Positions 37,701 through 47,075 of a DNA stretch of 64,000 nt are shown here, one piece after another; the first letter of the stretch is position 1, and every line of letters begins with the position of its first letter. Both the position numbers and the translations under genes were made by a program. The notes under the pieces were generated by a model, which searched no databases, was not told where the DNA came from, and saw nothing but the letters and a program-made list of their open reading frames with translations. Where the stretch lies: positions 32,001 through 96,000 of the IMG/VR virus record IMGVR_UViG_3300019776_000919; one strand, 5' to 3'. Source of the stretch: a virus.

Positions 37701-37755
37701 GGTCTTTTTCTACTTCTTTTAATAAATTGACTTGCTGTTTTACGAGATCAAACAT
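34720..37755 (-). CDS. DnaG-type primase fused to a C-terminal P-loop (helicase-like) domain
   Basis: CPFC...YKCFSC zinc finger; TOPRIM LVEG-x-x-D and FDPDDAG; Walker A GIAGKGKS, Walker B LFLDE. Confidence 0.88.
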   Translation of the reverse strand: MFDLVKQQVNLLKEVEKDLGVTFKQSGEKNWKIEDKELEACPFCSHHDCFSLKHEETSPENSFYKCFSCGQKGDVITWRAKRKGISVGEAVKELANDYGIRLPSSYNPIQQVFNLAADYYHQCLIETCDKPYPVLNGLTPIRYQTEIRGHTQDILSTNKIGFSDGGLLEYLESVGIDQEIVEKSGLKNLKTGKDFLPANCFIYPHFIKGRVSHFTFKDPLKRLQYQLPKKYSLNGYLFYGQDALSSDSTIILVEGENDRLSLLRAGLTSVAAIIGQISADQIEWLKNHCKDKKILTIFDPDDAGDGYRKKLEAVKKNFKGLVHVRPPEDKDIDEHVRAGAVIADLIKANVVNVVLEEKKLSTKAEDVLWSEIVPKPDLIPNGTIVENGLSVGDTFQVGPGGMISEGMHVTGPALPTVQQAQAHRLPTEFGSAAEEESFVEEGVMKDDGYIIQRRTHYAKVREVKDRTIETRISDFTMKLLNIYLDDDREQWREVVLIREDGFQSEPFLVNSETKVTVKLFKIMVARYGDCEWSGREQDLDGVWRLVYNKFTGSTIKIASQVGRYEPQKCWIFKNLLITDSGVCVEPDANGVFWPSGAMGIKPESISSTEGYDGIPSLQVGLSREETENLLGEAVKGMAMILKDPGAALMAVGWIQSNVYSNSIFKFNGGMGSLMFWGIAGKGKSTLARWLQNFFGFRDKMASTSVQQLRSGIGFMRKAEYYASLPLFLDELRADEESSRHLGTIRSWYDREGRTIADKNDAKKIRNQKINATLMIAGEDLPEDPATKERCIMIRVPNNDTKDPVLQKNYDNMENLSEKFSNITYYWIIDSCRTDHRDVMAEIRKLDSVLVSHGCSNRISKVWSGAAYFAKQLADKYFPEYDFIGYLVKTSVSEHNAQKNDNTLARFIDYMEQLKGRVNSVLDDGHISRDAKDPNLINIWYSAVFKEVNDSIRDERQRFSKHAILRAFREEPYFVSDDRRVTMGLLQDRRTVLTLDLSKAPFQVQSLVGYDK

Positions 37756-37804
37756 GAATTCTTTTCTTCTTTTCTTTTCAAAGGGTTATGACTCAAGGGG
37801 TGAG

Positions 37805-37834
37805 ATTATAAGCCATAGCCCTTTGATTAGACAA
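37805..37834 (-). promoter_or_regulatory. Sigma70-like promoter for the primase gene
   Basis: TTGTCT-N18-TATAAT on the - strand. Confidence 0.5.
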
Positions 37835-37837
37835 GGG

Positions 37838-38428
37838 CTAAAACAATTCTAATTGAGTACCTGGTTTTGGATCTTTATTTGGATAAGACGGATTATCCAC
37901 TCCAATTTCTATTTTTACAACCGAACTTGGCTCACTGACTTTAAATGCATACAACATAGACATTTTCAGATCATCATCATAGCTTCGGATACTTTCTTTT
38001 TGAAACCGATATTGTTCTGCTCTATTTAATAGATCTGCATACTCTCTTGCGGTTAAATTAAGTGAACCTATATTACTTTCTAACACATAAGCAGTTTTAT
38101 CAACAAAAGACCGTTGTGCCCAACTTTGACCGTACATTTTCCATCGATCAGGTTGAGTAATTCTAACTGTACTGACTGAAGTTATTGGTTTTGTGCGCTG
38201 ATTTACCGTATCAAGTATATCTGATTGATACGGTAAAGTAGTAGGAGAGTTAGTTGAAGTCGAAGCCGGGTGAATGCATCCATTGGTTAAAGTTACCGGC
38301 GTACCTTGAGTGTAATACGTTGAAGAGGTAACTGAATCTGGGTCGTAAAACTCCCAACTTCTCCCGGACTCACGGTGAGTTTTTTCTTTAATAAAATCAG
38401 CAATTAATTCTGAATTGAAAGTTGACAT
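37838..38428 (-). CDS. Hypothetical protein
   Basis: 196-aa ORF. Confidence 0.55.
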   Translation of the reverse strand: MSTFNSELIADFIKEKTHRESGRSWEFYDPDSVTSSTYYTQGTPVTLTNGCIHPASTSTNSPTTLPYQSDILDTVNQRTKPITSVSTVRITQPDRWKMYGQSWAQRSFVDKTAYVLESNIGSLNLTAREYADLLNRAEQYRFQKESIRSYDDDLKMSMLYAFKVSEPSSVVKIEIGVDNPSYPNKDPKPGTQLELF

Positions 38429-39460
38429 TTATTTCCCTACTGCTATTTTTATCCATTTTTTAGTACTTAACTCTAATGGTTTAAATTCACCAGATTTACA
38501 TCCAATGTTGTCATATTCACACCATTTGCAATAAGGACCTCTAACATGCTTGAAATAACCCATTTCTTTTAGAAGATCTATTGCACCTTCCAGGCTCATT
38601 TCTAAGCCATTCTTAAGGTTATTTTCAATATCATCCGGATCAGAAAAATCAAGCATCTTAACTTCACCCTCCCCGATAAAATGCACGCCCGTCTGAGCAC
38701 CTTTTACTTTAGAGATAGAGAAGTGAAATAGGATCTTATACCAGTCTAATTGTTCTTTATAAACCTTAGGACTTCCTTGCCCGCCGCCAGTTTTATGATC
38801 CAGGATAACAATATCCATGCACTCTAGTAGTAAGACTAGGTCAATTACGCCTCGAACCCATACGTTCTTGCCAAAAAAATCAGCGGGTTTGAAATCTCTA
38901 GTGATACCCATTCGAAGTTCCGTAAACACCTTTTTAATAGGAGTACGTAACTTAAAGTTATCTATTCGATCCTTGAATTTATTTATGTTGAAACTTAGAA
39001 TAGTAACTCGTTCCTCCCAAACTTCAGGGGTCAACAGTTTTTTATCTAAGTAATCTTTCTTTACTTTAGCGAAAGACTTTTCAACATCTTCACCTAGTAA
39101 TACGTTCTCTAGGATTTCGTGCGCAGCTTTACCCACGTTGGCTGAAATAGGATCTGACTGTAGAAGTAAATTTTCTGGCAGTTTGAACTTAAGAATGTAC
39201 TTCAAATAGAATTGAAAAGGACATTTCTTTAGAGATTTATACTTTGAGTATGACCAGGGGCCCAATGACAAAATATCTAAAGGAACGTGTTTTAATTCTC
39301 GATCTAACTTTTCTATCTCAGTTAGAAATACGTTCTTAGGCTCGGCTAGTTCAGCAGGAACGGGGTTAGGAAGATCTTTCTCAGTTTCAGCTACTTCATT
39401 TTCCCAAGGAGGAGTAGATGCTACTTCCGATTTTTTAGTTTTAGTTTTTTCTTTTTTCAT
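38429..39460 (-). CDS. PD-(D/E)XK exonuclease (RecB/Cas4-like, Fe-S Cys)
   Basis: WSYS...CP...Y, G-x-x-x-H-x-x-LE, RGVIDL, ILDHKTG, QL-x-x-Y, CKWC...C. Confidence 0.85.
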   Translation of the reverse strand: MKKEKTKTKKSEVASTPPWENEVAETEKDLPNPVPAELAEPKNVFLTEIEKLDRELKHVPLDILSLGPWSYSKYKSLKKCPFQFYLKYILKFKLPENLLLQSDPISANVGKAAHEILENVLLGEDVEKSFAKVKKDYLDKKLLTPEVWEERVTILSFNINKFKDRIDNFKLRTPIKKVFTELRMGITRDFKPADFFGKNVWVRGVIDLVLLLECMDIVILDHKTGGGQGSPKVYKEQLDWYKILFHFSISKVKGAQTGVHFIGEGEVKMLDFSDPDDIENNLKNGLEMSLEGAIDLLKEMGYFKHVRGPYCKWCEYDNIGCKSGEFKPLELSTKKWIKIAVGK

Positions 39461-40050
39461 TAATGACGATATTTAGATTTGACTGATTTCACGAAAAAAA
39501 GGCTAGAATCTTCATCGTCAAAATCATTTAACTGATTCTCTTCAGTAGAAGTGTCGATTTTTTCACCGGAAGTACCCTTTATTTCATTAGTGTTTTTTAA
39601 CTGAGTCAGTAGGGCATCCACTTGATTTCTGCGTTCCTGGTTAAAAAACCCAGGGATACTGCTAAATCTATCCTTAGTCAGATTCAAGTAATGGTAGAAA
39701 ATCGTAGGGGTTGGTAGAGCCATTAAGTAACTACCAGTTTTGAACAGCTTAACCATAGCAGAAGGGGCTATGAATTCTGCAGTTACTACGCCAGTCTCTG
39801 TATTACTGACTAAACATGTTGGAAGTGCAACAATAAATCCGTCGTCAGTTTCTTGAAGTAGATATGCTACGATAGTCTTCCCGCCCCCCATGGAAAACAT
39901 TCGTACAGATACTGCCCCTTTCCTAATAATGACCCCTTTTTGATTAAGGGCGGCCATTTCACTAATAAAGGCTTTTTCTTCATTAGTCATTTCCGGTAAG
40001 GGGATTTTTTCTGTGCTTTCCGGATTAAAAGTTTTAATTTCTTCAGTCAC
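39460..40050 (-). CDS. Hypothetical protein
   Basis: 196-aa ORF in the replication block. Confidence 0.55.
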   Translation of the reverse strand: MTEEIKTFNPESTEKIPLPEMTNEEKAFISEMAALNQKGVIIRKGAVSVRMFSMGGGKTIVAYLLQETDDGFIVALPTCLVSNTETGVVTAEFIAPSAMVKLFKTGSYLMALPTPTIFYHYLNLTKDRFSSIPGFFNQERRNQVDALLTQLKNTNEIKGTSGEKIDTSTEENQLNDFDDEDSSLFFVKSVKSKYRH

Positions 40051-40122
40051 GCTAGCCTTTGATATTGTAATTTTTATTAACTAAAAAAAGGGAGGGAATA
40101 TACCCTCCGTTTTTATTGCCTA

Positions 40123-40980
40123 TTACAGGCTGTAATTTTTAGCTAGGTTGCTGACTTCAGAAGCTTTAACTTCGTCTACTACAACATTGCTTTCTAAAGC
40201 CGGGGTATCACTCTCAGTTGAATTGTTTGACAGGGCCAAACGATCCCGACGCTCAGTAGCATTCTTGTAGAAAATCTCAATAGTCTTCTTGCGATCTTCT
40301 GAGACTGCGCTAAACAGTTCCTTGAGGAATGGGAGAAGTTCTGCAGGGGTTTTGCGATCCTTTTCATCCAGAACTTGGACTTTGAAATTCTCAACATTCT
40401 TAGCCGTCGAACTAGTTGCGCTTGTCAACCCATAGATTCTCTGATAGGGCAGGACCCCAGCCCGTTTCATCAAACCTTCCAACTCATTACCAATCTTGAA
40501 ATTAGATTTCGAGAATTGGATCAAGAAGATAGATTTCAGATCGCTGGAGATAGCCAAGACAGACTTACTCTTGCCGCAGTCACTTCCAACGCCTTCAACC
40601 CATTTTGCATGTTCACAAGAGTAACATTCACGACCGATTTGACCCATCTTAGCGTCAGGGCTCCAGCACAGCATCTTGTTGTTGGTTTGGTCCGGGTCCC
40701 AGTATTGACGAGTATCCCAAATGCGGATAGGGATGAACTTCAGAGGCTGTTCAAGTTTAGTTTCACCAAGAACGAAATCACCGATAGAAGTCCCCTTAGG
40801 GAGAGAAGTTCTATCCGTGGTTCCTTGAACCAGACGCAGGAAACCGGGCTTCCATTGAGTAGGAGTATCGCCAATGCCTTCAATCGGTGTACCCATTTCT
40901 TCGATAAGTTTCAAGGCATTTTCTTTAATACCTTCGGGGAGGGCTTCGGCTGCAGAGGTCAGAGTTTCAAGATTATTCAT
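40123..40980 (-). CDS. Putative ssDNA-binding / recombination protein
   Basis: CWSPD...C-x-x-C...C zinc motif, acidic tail, position among replication genes. Confidence 0.5.
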   Translation of the reverse strand: MNNLETLTSAAEALPEGIKENALKLIEEMGTPIEGIGDTPTQWKPGFLRLVQGTTDRTSLPKGTSIGDFVLGETKLEQPLKFIPIRIWDTRQYWDPDQTNNKMLCWSPDAKMGQIGRECYSCEHAKWVEGVGSDCGKSKSVLAISSDLKSIFLIQFSKSNFKIGNELEGLMKRAGVLPYQRIYGLTSATSSTAKNVENFKVQVLDEKDRKTPAELLPFLKELFSAVSEDRKKTIEIFYKNATERRDRLALSNNSTESDTPALESNVVVDEVKASEVSNLAKNYSL

Positions 40981-41012
40981 AAATATAAAAGTTAGTTTTA
41001 GTTGTTAAAAAA

Positions 41013-41198
41013 TCAGAGCCCGGATTGAAGAACTGTAGGGTTCGCATCCGTGAGTTGAAATTGTTTGTTTTCAATTATAACAGACAAATCTGCCAAAGAC
41101 AATCCCCAATTTTGTTTAATTCTCTCGGGGATTACTCCAGTTTTAATTTGAAAGTACTCGTCTGAAGTTATCAGTAATGATCCAGTTTTTTCCATCAT
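41013..41198 (-). CDS. Hypothetical protein
   Basis: Directly behind the promoter at 41205. Confidence 0.45.
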   Translation of the reverse strand: MMEKTGSLLITSDEYFQIKTGVIPERIKQNWGLSLADLSVIIENKQFQLTDANPTVLQSGL

Positions 41199-41236
41199 AT
41201 TTTTCTTATACCAGGAATTTCGATGTTCTTGAAGTA

Positions 41237-41458
41237 TTAATCTTCTTTCGGCTTAAAGATTTCTTCGGGCATGCCTGAGACGTGAATTATCAGCCTGTTT
41301 GACGAGGCAAATCCGCACTCGGTTTTATATCTACCGGAGAATGCCTCAGCAAGAAGATCTAGGTTAGGTAATTCTCCAGCGCCATTTCCCTCTATGGCAA
41401 CTGCAAAAATACCTCGTTCGGGGATGAGTTTAATTTCAGTTTTTAACATACTTGACAA
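41237..41458 (-). CDS. Hypothetical protein
   Basis: 73-aa ORF divergent from the sigma gene. Confidence 0.45.
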   Translation of the reverse strand: MSSMLKTEIKLIPERGIFAVAIEGNGAGELPNLDLLAEAFSGRYKTECGFASSNRLIIHVSGMPEEIFKPKED

Positions 41459-41480
41459 TTTAAAATTAGTGATTTAAAAT
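41452..41480 (+). promoter_or_regulatory. Near-consensus sigma70 promoter for the phage sigma gene
   Basis: TTGACA-N17-TAAAAT. Confidence 0.7.
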
Positions 41481-41504
41481 ACCGGCCATCAATACAGGTG
41501 ATTA

Positions 41505-42290
41505 ATGGATCTCGGCGCGTACTATGAAAGTATAACAAAAGAACCCTTGTTAAGCAAGGAAGAAGAGTATGATTTTTTCTTAGAGATGAACGATGCGTCT
41601 ATCTCAGAAAAACGTAAAAGAGAAATTCAAGATAAAGTTATACGAGCAAATCTTAGATTTGTATTTAAGGAAGCTAAGAGACGCAGTAAAGGAGATCCTT
41701 ATCTTTTTGAAGAACTTATTGCAGCAGGTAATGATGGTCTTATCGCTGGAATGAGTAAGTATGACCCTGACAGCGGATACAGATTTCTAACCTATGCCGG
41801 GTGGTGGGTTCTTCAAAGAATGCTTAACGTCATGGGTAAACAGCGAATAGTTGCATTACCTATATGGAGGCAGCAATTATCCTCCAGAATAGAGCGAGTG
41901 ATTGAAGCCAATGAAGATATTACATTCCCCGAGCTAAAAAAACACTTCCCAGAAGTACCAGATAAGGATCTTAAAGAACTATTTGAAACTCGCTTCTTAA
42001 CCTTCTATATAGAAGATATGGGAGAAGACAGTGAATTTCAAATAGACCCTATTGAAACAGTCGTCAACACAAAACTTGACAACGAGCGTATTCAAAGCAC
42101 TGTAGAGCAGTTACCTGATTTGCATAAGCAAGTTATACAAGCTTCGTTTGGATTGATAGACGGAGATGATAAAAGAAAACCTGCAGATATTGCTAAAGAA
42201 TTAGGGATCTCCAGGGATAGGTTTAATCAAATTAAACGTGAATCTCTGGAGATGTTGCGTTCAAAATTCGGGGGAGTCAACCCCTTTTAA
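41505..42290 (+). CDS. Phage-encoded sigma70-family RNA polymerase sigma factor
   Basis: PLLS-x-EEE, ANLRFV, ELIAAGNDGL, YDPDSGYRFLTYAGWW, region 4 IAKELGISRDRFNQI. Confidence 0.92.
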   Translation: MDLGAYYESITKEPLLSKEEEYDFFLEMNDASISEKRKREIQDKVIRANLRFVFKEAKRRSKGDPYLFEELIAAGNDGLIAGMSKYDPDSGYRFLTYAGWWVLQRMLNVMGKQRIVALPIWRQQLSSRIERVIEANEDITFPELKKHFPEVPDKDLKELFETRFLTFYIEDMGEDSEFQIDPIETVVNTKLDNERIQSTVEQLPDLHKQVIQASFGLIDGDDKRKPADIAKELGISRDRFNQIKRESLEMLRSKFGGVNPF

Positions 42291-42422
42291 TCGCCGCCGT
42301 CTACTTCGTTACTGTTTGGGAAGTGCAGATGGAGGATCATCCTCATCTTTATCCCTAGGCCATGCGCCCCAGTTCCATAGACCCAGTACTGCTTTATGGA
42401 TAAGTATGGCAGCGATCATTGT

Positions 42423-42644
42423 TTAGTAGCCTCTCAGTTCGAGGGGGCTACATAAACTGCTAAATTCTAAATCCCTTTCGTCCCCAAGTTGAGGTCGTGA
42501 ACAAGAGGTACCTAGGTACCAATTCAATTCTTCAGAAGATATCTTCTTACGTGGTGTTTCAAATGGATCATTCGAACTTTCTCCGCATTGAACTACTTGC
42601 GGACGACGTTGAACTATTCCGGCTATGTTTTGAATATGTGCCAT
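42423..42644 (-). CDS. Hypothetical protein
   Basis: AGGAG RBS; behind the promoter at 42686. Confidence 0.5.
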   Translation of the reverse strand: MAHIQNIAGIVQRRPQVVQCGESSNDPFETPRKKISSEELNWYLGTSCSRPQLGDERDLEFSSLCSPLELRGY

Positions 42645-42715
42645 AGCAGGCTCCTAGCGGCGTGACAATGTTACCGCTTAATACTCTTATACCAAAACTT
42701 AAGCTTGTAATTGAA

Positions 42716-44353
42716 TTACGATTTTCTAACTATAGCTTCTTTTACCCAGCCGGGTAAAACCTTGCTGTTTCTAGAAACGAATTTATTAAATCGTTCATCG
42801 AGTAAGAATGTTACTCCGTAATCCGAAGCAGATCTATTCACTCGACCTATTTGTTGACCAAAAATTATCAAGCTCTGATAGTTATACCATTGAAAATCGT
42901 TTTGTACTTTGTCGGATACAAAGGCAGAGCTTGTATTTAGGTAAGGTACTCTAAGTATGATCTGGAATCTAGCCCGATCTTCTTTGAAGTCTACTCCTTG
43001 TTGACACACCGGAGACAGCAACACCTTAGCCTCTTTGGCTGCAAAGAACCCCTGTAACTTCTCCTGAAAGTCCATCGAAGAATGGCTAATGAATCGATCA
43101 TTGTTTAATGCATTTCTAATTTGTTCCCCTGCTAAATAGCTGGGTACATGGATAAGGCCCTTTACATCATGGAATACTGTGCAAATATTCTTGATAATTT
43201 CAATCATCCCTGCAAAATTATCATTCCATTTTGCGTGAGATGTATCGATTTGATATTTAGGGATTGCGTATATGGGTCTGTTTTCTTTCGGGAAAGACGA
43301 CCCTATTCTTACAAAGTAAGCAGAACTAGGGTCAATGCCTATGTTTTTACAATACAACTCTTTGTTATAAATTGTACCCGACATTAGGAGAATTTTTTCT
43401 CCGAACGCCAAGAGCATGGCATTTACCGCACCACCTACGTTATGAGGTACGAACTCTAAGTTTGTCCCGTGAGGTAGGCTTGTTCCCGGCCTTACTTCAG
43501 GAATGACTTCTACTGAAAAACCTTTATCAAGATTGCCGTTCATATTTACGGCCAAAATTTGCATCAAGTATTTTTCTTTAAAAGACTTATATTCCTTGTC
43601 ATGCTGCCTCATTAATTCATCACGAGCAGTTTCTTTAGGGACCAGTTCATCAGACAACAGGAATGTTTCCCAATCTTTCCATGTTTTCAGTTCATCAAAA
43701 GTACCTGGGGGAAATACCTTGGGCAAATAGATCTTTTTAGTGACAAAAGATCTAATGGTACCTTCAATTTCATGCGCCTCATCTATGATGAGAACATCAC
43801 GTTTTTGAAAGCTGTTTCCAAAACTGGATTGAAAGATAAACGAGTGGAGGTTATGGACAACCATCGAGTGAGATTGGGCTATACCCATTGCCACGGTATA
43901 TGGACAAGCCCTGTCAGAAGTGCATAGATTATACACGTCTTTATCATCCCTACAAGGGGCATCTGAGCAATTAGGCTCACCTCTTTTTGGCTGGTCTATT
44001 TTTCCTTCCTGTATTAAAGATATGACTTTTCTATAGGAAGTTGACTTTAATTCGTGAGTGCACGGGTATGCCGCCCTACCCTTCATTAAGACTAAATGCT
44101 TATCGAAATCTTCAAAGTATTGATCTTGAAGACTTTTTCTAGGAGTAATAATGTGAGCGCCGGATTTACCGTAGAATTTAGCTATTGTAGCGGCAATAGC
44201 ACTTTTACCAGACCCCACTGGGGCCTCTAAGATAACAATCTTACTGCCGCTACTAAAAGCTTTATCTATTTCCCGAATCACCAGCTCTTGGCTTTTTCTA
44301 GGTGATTCTAAAGGAAAACACTCCATTATATCTGGAGTGGTTTCGTTACTCAT
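42716..44353 (-). CDS. DinG/XPD-family superfamily 2 helicase
   Basis: EAPVGSGKS, KGR-x-x-YPC, Cys cluster, IIDEAH, MSGT, QGVDF, QQIGRVNR. Confidence 0.9.
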   Translation of the reverse strand: MSNETTPDIMECFPLESPRKSQELVIREIDKAFSSGSKIVILEAPVGSGKSAIAATIAKFYGKSGAHIITPRKSLQDQYFEDFDKHLVLMKGRAAYPCTHELKSTSYRKVISLIQEGKIDQPKRGEPNCSDAPCRDDKDVYNLCTSDRACPYTVAMGIAQSHSMVVHNLHSFIFQSSFGNSFQKRDVLIIDEAHEIEGTIRSFVTKKIYLPKVFPPGTFDELKTWKDWETFLLSDELVPKETARDELMRQHDKEYKSFKEKYLMQILAVNMNGNLDKGFSVEVIPEVRPGTSLPHGTNLEFVPHNVGGAVNAMLLAFGEKILLMSGTIYNKELYCKNIGIDPSSAYFVRIGSSFPKENRPIYAIPKYQIDTSHAKWNDNFAGMIEIIKNICTVFHDVKGLIHVPSYLAGEQIRNALNNDRFISHSSMDFQEKLQGFFAAKEAKVLLSPVCQQGVDFKEDRARFQIILRVPYLNTSSAFVSDKVQNDFQWYNYQSLIIFGQQIGRVNRSASDYGVTFLLDERFNKFVSRNSKVLPGWVKEAIVRKS

Positions 44354-44772
44354 GCGTATTTTGCGTTTGCCGGTTTGAGTTTAGTAAACAGAGTTTCCAC
44401 TTCACTCTGATCTAAACCTTTTTCAAAGTATAGGGCAGTTATCTCTTTTTCATAAGCAGCTATAACATTGTCAAAATACTTCTTTATCGCCTCAGTTTGT
44501 CCCGGATTTTTAGACGTGGATTTAGAAGAATCATTTTCGATTTCTTCTTCTGCATTGGCATTTATGTAAAATGCATTTTCAGGGGCTTTGTCAAAAATGT
44601 CTGCTAGGGGGACGTTTCCTGACACAACCCAATTCTCAATGTAAGCCCTGCGTTCCAGTTCAGACTTTGTAAAAGTACGATGATAAGCAGAAGGGGTCCA
44701 ACCGGAAGTGGTAGGAGAACTTATAGTATCCGGCATGGCGATAAAAAGATCGGGAGTAAAATTAGCAGTCAT
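44350..44772 (-). CDS. Hypothetical protein
   Basis: 140 aa, ATGA-coupled. Confidence 0.5.
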   Translation of the reverse strand: MTANFTPDLFIAMPDTISSPTTSGWTPSAYHRTFTKSELERRAYIENWVVSGNVPLADIFDKAPENAFYINANAEEEIENDSSKSTSKNPGQTEAIKKYFDNVIAAYEKEITALYFEKGLDQSEVETLFTKLKPANAKYA

Positions 44773-45023
44773 AGTAATAATGGCCTTTCAAAAATATCCA
44801 GCTTATTTAGCTGCAGTAGAAACTCTTTAATTATCAAAGATTCAGAATTTACACCAGAATCCTCAATAGAAGAAACGGTGTCAAAAATTTTGAAATCTAA
44901 CTTTGAAAATATTTCAGTTGATAACTCTTGCAAAGATATGTCAGGTGCATACTTTAGGTTTTTTTGATTTTTACATAGAATCTCTTCTATGCCTTCTATC
45001 GAAATAGAGTCCAAGTTTATCAT
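44769..45023 (-). CDS. Hypothetical protein
   Basis: 84 aa, ATGA-coupled. Confidence 0.45.
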   Translation of the reverse strand: MINLDSISIEGIEEILCKNQKNLKYAPDISLQELSTEIFSKLDFKIFDTVSSIEDSGVNSESLIIKEFLLQLNKLDIFERPLLL

Positions 45024-45481
45024 TGAACCCCCGTACTTCCAAAACCATTTTCACCCCGCTTTGTAGATGAAAGGGTTTCAGATTTTACAAAAACCACTTT
45101 AGGAACAGGAATAATAACTCCCTGTGCAATACGATCACCCTTCTTTATCTCCATGGATTGTTGCCATGAGCCTACATCCATAGATAATTTAATCATCAAT
45201 TCTCCTCGATAATCAGAATCAATGACTCCGACGCAGTTGGCCAATCGAGTATCTTTATTGAATCCATGCCCACTGCGGGAATAGATGAACATTGCATGTC
45301 CGGAAGGTATTTCGAACTTCAGATTAGTTTTTATTACGGCAGGAGATCCATACGTCAGAACAGCATCTTCTGATGCACTAATATCGAAAGCTCCTGAACC
45401 ATCTGTTGCATATTTAGGTTCATTAGTGGGGATTTCGATATTAACGCAAGAAAAGTTAACAGGTAGAGTTTGAATTGTCAT
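45020..45481 (-). CDS. dut: Trimeric dUTPase
   Basis: GAFDI, RSG, GVIDSDYRGE, GDRIAQ, RGENGFGSTG. Confidence 0.95.
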   Translation of the reverse strand: MTIQTLPVNFSCVNIEIPTNEPKYATDGSGAFDISASEDAVLTYGSPAVIKTNLKFEIPSGHAMFIYSRSGHGFNKDTRLANCVGVIDSDYRGELMIKLSMDVGSWQQSMEIKKGDRIAQGVIIPVPKVVFVKSETLSSTKRGENGFGSTGVQ

Positions 45482-45538
45482 GTATATTTATTAAAAAAGA
45501 AAAGCCCTGTTTTGGCAGGGCGGGAATGTGACCTAAGA

Positions 45539-46081
45539 TCACGGTTTATCGATAAGTCTGGCGTTGTAAGCCAAATTACCAAAATCCAAAGACAAACGTT
45601 CACAAAGAATGTAAACGCATGTAATAATTGAAGTTATTTGAAATTCTTTATTATCGTCTTTAGGAGCATCAGGATCGGGTTCATTAACTTCATCCTCATC
45701 ATGCCAGACGTACAGGTCCTCGACAATGCTAGTGATAGCAGTGATGCCGCTGATACTGCAAAGGATCGCATCTTGATGATAAATAGGGTCGAATTCTTCC
45801 ATGCATGCATCAATCAGCTCTTCGTCAATCTCCATGTTGAGATTGAGCAGATTCACTAACCCTGCAGTGTAGAAAAGAACTCTTGAAAGTTCTCGACCTA
45901 CGTCCTCCATCTTAGCTTCAGTCAAAGGTTTATTTCGACAAGCCAAAATGATTTTGTTAACTTTACTAAAAGAATCAATACCTTTAACTAAACAGGTTGA
46001 AATCAAAGCGTCGGTATCAAAAGATTCCTCTTTAGATGAATCGAGCAGGAGATCACCTACTTTTTGAATAAGTACTTGCAT
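45539..46081 (-). CDS. Hypothetical acidic protein, weakly MazG-like
   Basis: RELSRVLFY resembles a degenerate EL-x-DVL-x-Y. Confidence 0.4.
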   Translation of the reverse strand: MQVLIQKVGDLLLDSSKEESFDTDALISTCLVKGIDSFSKVNKIILACRNKPLTEAKMEDVGRELSRVLFYTAGLVNLLNLNMEIDEELIDACMEEFDPIYHQDAILCSISGITAITSIVEDLYVWHDEDEVNEPDPDAPKDDNKEFQITSIITCVYILCERLSLDFGNLAYNARLIDKP

Positions 46082-46377
46082 TTACTAAAAGAGCTGGTTA
46101 GGCTCTTGATGGTGCCTTATTTAGGCGGGTTTTTAGGGCCGGAAAAACCGGAGAAGAAAGCAACGATCATGTTGAGAATTAGGGTCAATGCCCATACACA
46201 GACTGAGTATATGGCAACTGCGGACAGTATCATTATGATTCCTGCCGCAAACAACCCAATGATTGCTTTAATGATCATAGAGTTCCTCAATCATCTCTTT
46301 TGACTGTCGGTAAACAAACCTGCCTGCGTAGTACAGGCAAATTCCGACAATCAAGGTTTGAACTACCAGGGGAAGAT

Positions 46378-46911
46378 TCATACAAGCCTCAATATTCGAT
46401 CTTTTGCCTTTTCAACCTTTTTTGTATAGGCTGATTGGCAGGTTACAGGATTCTTCTTACAAAACTTGTCAGCGCCGGTTGGGCCGAGGTTGTATGCGAG
46501 AAGGGCTTGCCGATTAGTCTTCAATCGGTTTCGATACTGAGTCAATATCTCGACCCCGGTTCGAACGTTTGTTACTGATGAATGCTGGACTTCTTTACCG
46601 TGAACTTTTACGTTCACTTGCATCAAGCCTACGCTAGGTCCGATCTTGTGAATCGCCTGCGGCTTGAAGCTAGATTCTACTGCCATTACTGACAGTACGT
46701 CTACTGGGGTTGGGAATGTATCACCCCCGAATTTGTACGCTAAGCTAACTGCCAGTTGGGCATCAGATCGGGAGATGTTAAAACTTTCTGCCAATCTATC
46801 AGCCACCTTCATCTCAATATACTCCCGTCCAGGCAAGCATTGCGATGGTTGGATAGGGTTTAATGACAACAACCCCATAAACATTACTACTACTGAAAGT
46901 AGGTATTTCAT
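46378..46911 (-). CDS. SLT-family lytic transglycosylase with N-terminal signal/SAR segment
   Basis: VESSF, GLMQV, AYN-x-G; start moved to MKYLL because the track start lies inside tRNA-Leu. Confidence 0.88.
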   Translation of the reverse strand: MKYLLSVVVMFMGLLSLNPIQPSQCLPGREYIEMKVADRLAESFNISRSDAQLAVSLAYKFGGDTFPTPVDVLSVMAVESSFKPQAIHKIGPSVGLMQVNVKVHGKEVQHSSVTNVRTGVEILTQYRNRLKTNRQALLAYNLGPTGADKFCKKNPVTCQSAYTKKVEKAKDRILRLV

Positions 46912-46930
46912 GGATTTTCCTTTGGTAATA

Positions 46931-47015
46931 TGGTGCGGGTGAAGGGACTCGAACCCCCACGCCTTGCGGCATCTGGACCTAAACCAGGTGCGTCTACCGA
47001 TTTCGCCACACCCGC
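46931..47015 (-). tRNA. tRNA-Leu(UAG)
   Basis: GCGGGTG...CTGG-TT-TAG-GT-CCAG, long variable arm, CACCCGC-A-CCA. Confidence 0.95.
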
Positions 47016-47075
47016 ACAAAACATATATCTCCGTACTATCCTTATACCAGAATATTGACGAATTATTGGTTAATT

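Noticed and set aside
38429-39460. Cas4 as evidence of a CRISPR-Cas locus
   Set aside because: Stand-alone PD-(D/E)XK nuclease in the replication block, with no array or other cas genes.
46911-47019. Extended N-termini of track ORFs 46378..47019 and 23749..24627
   Set aside because: The extensions run through tRNA genes; downstream ATGs with RBS are the likely starts.
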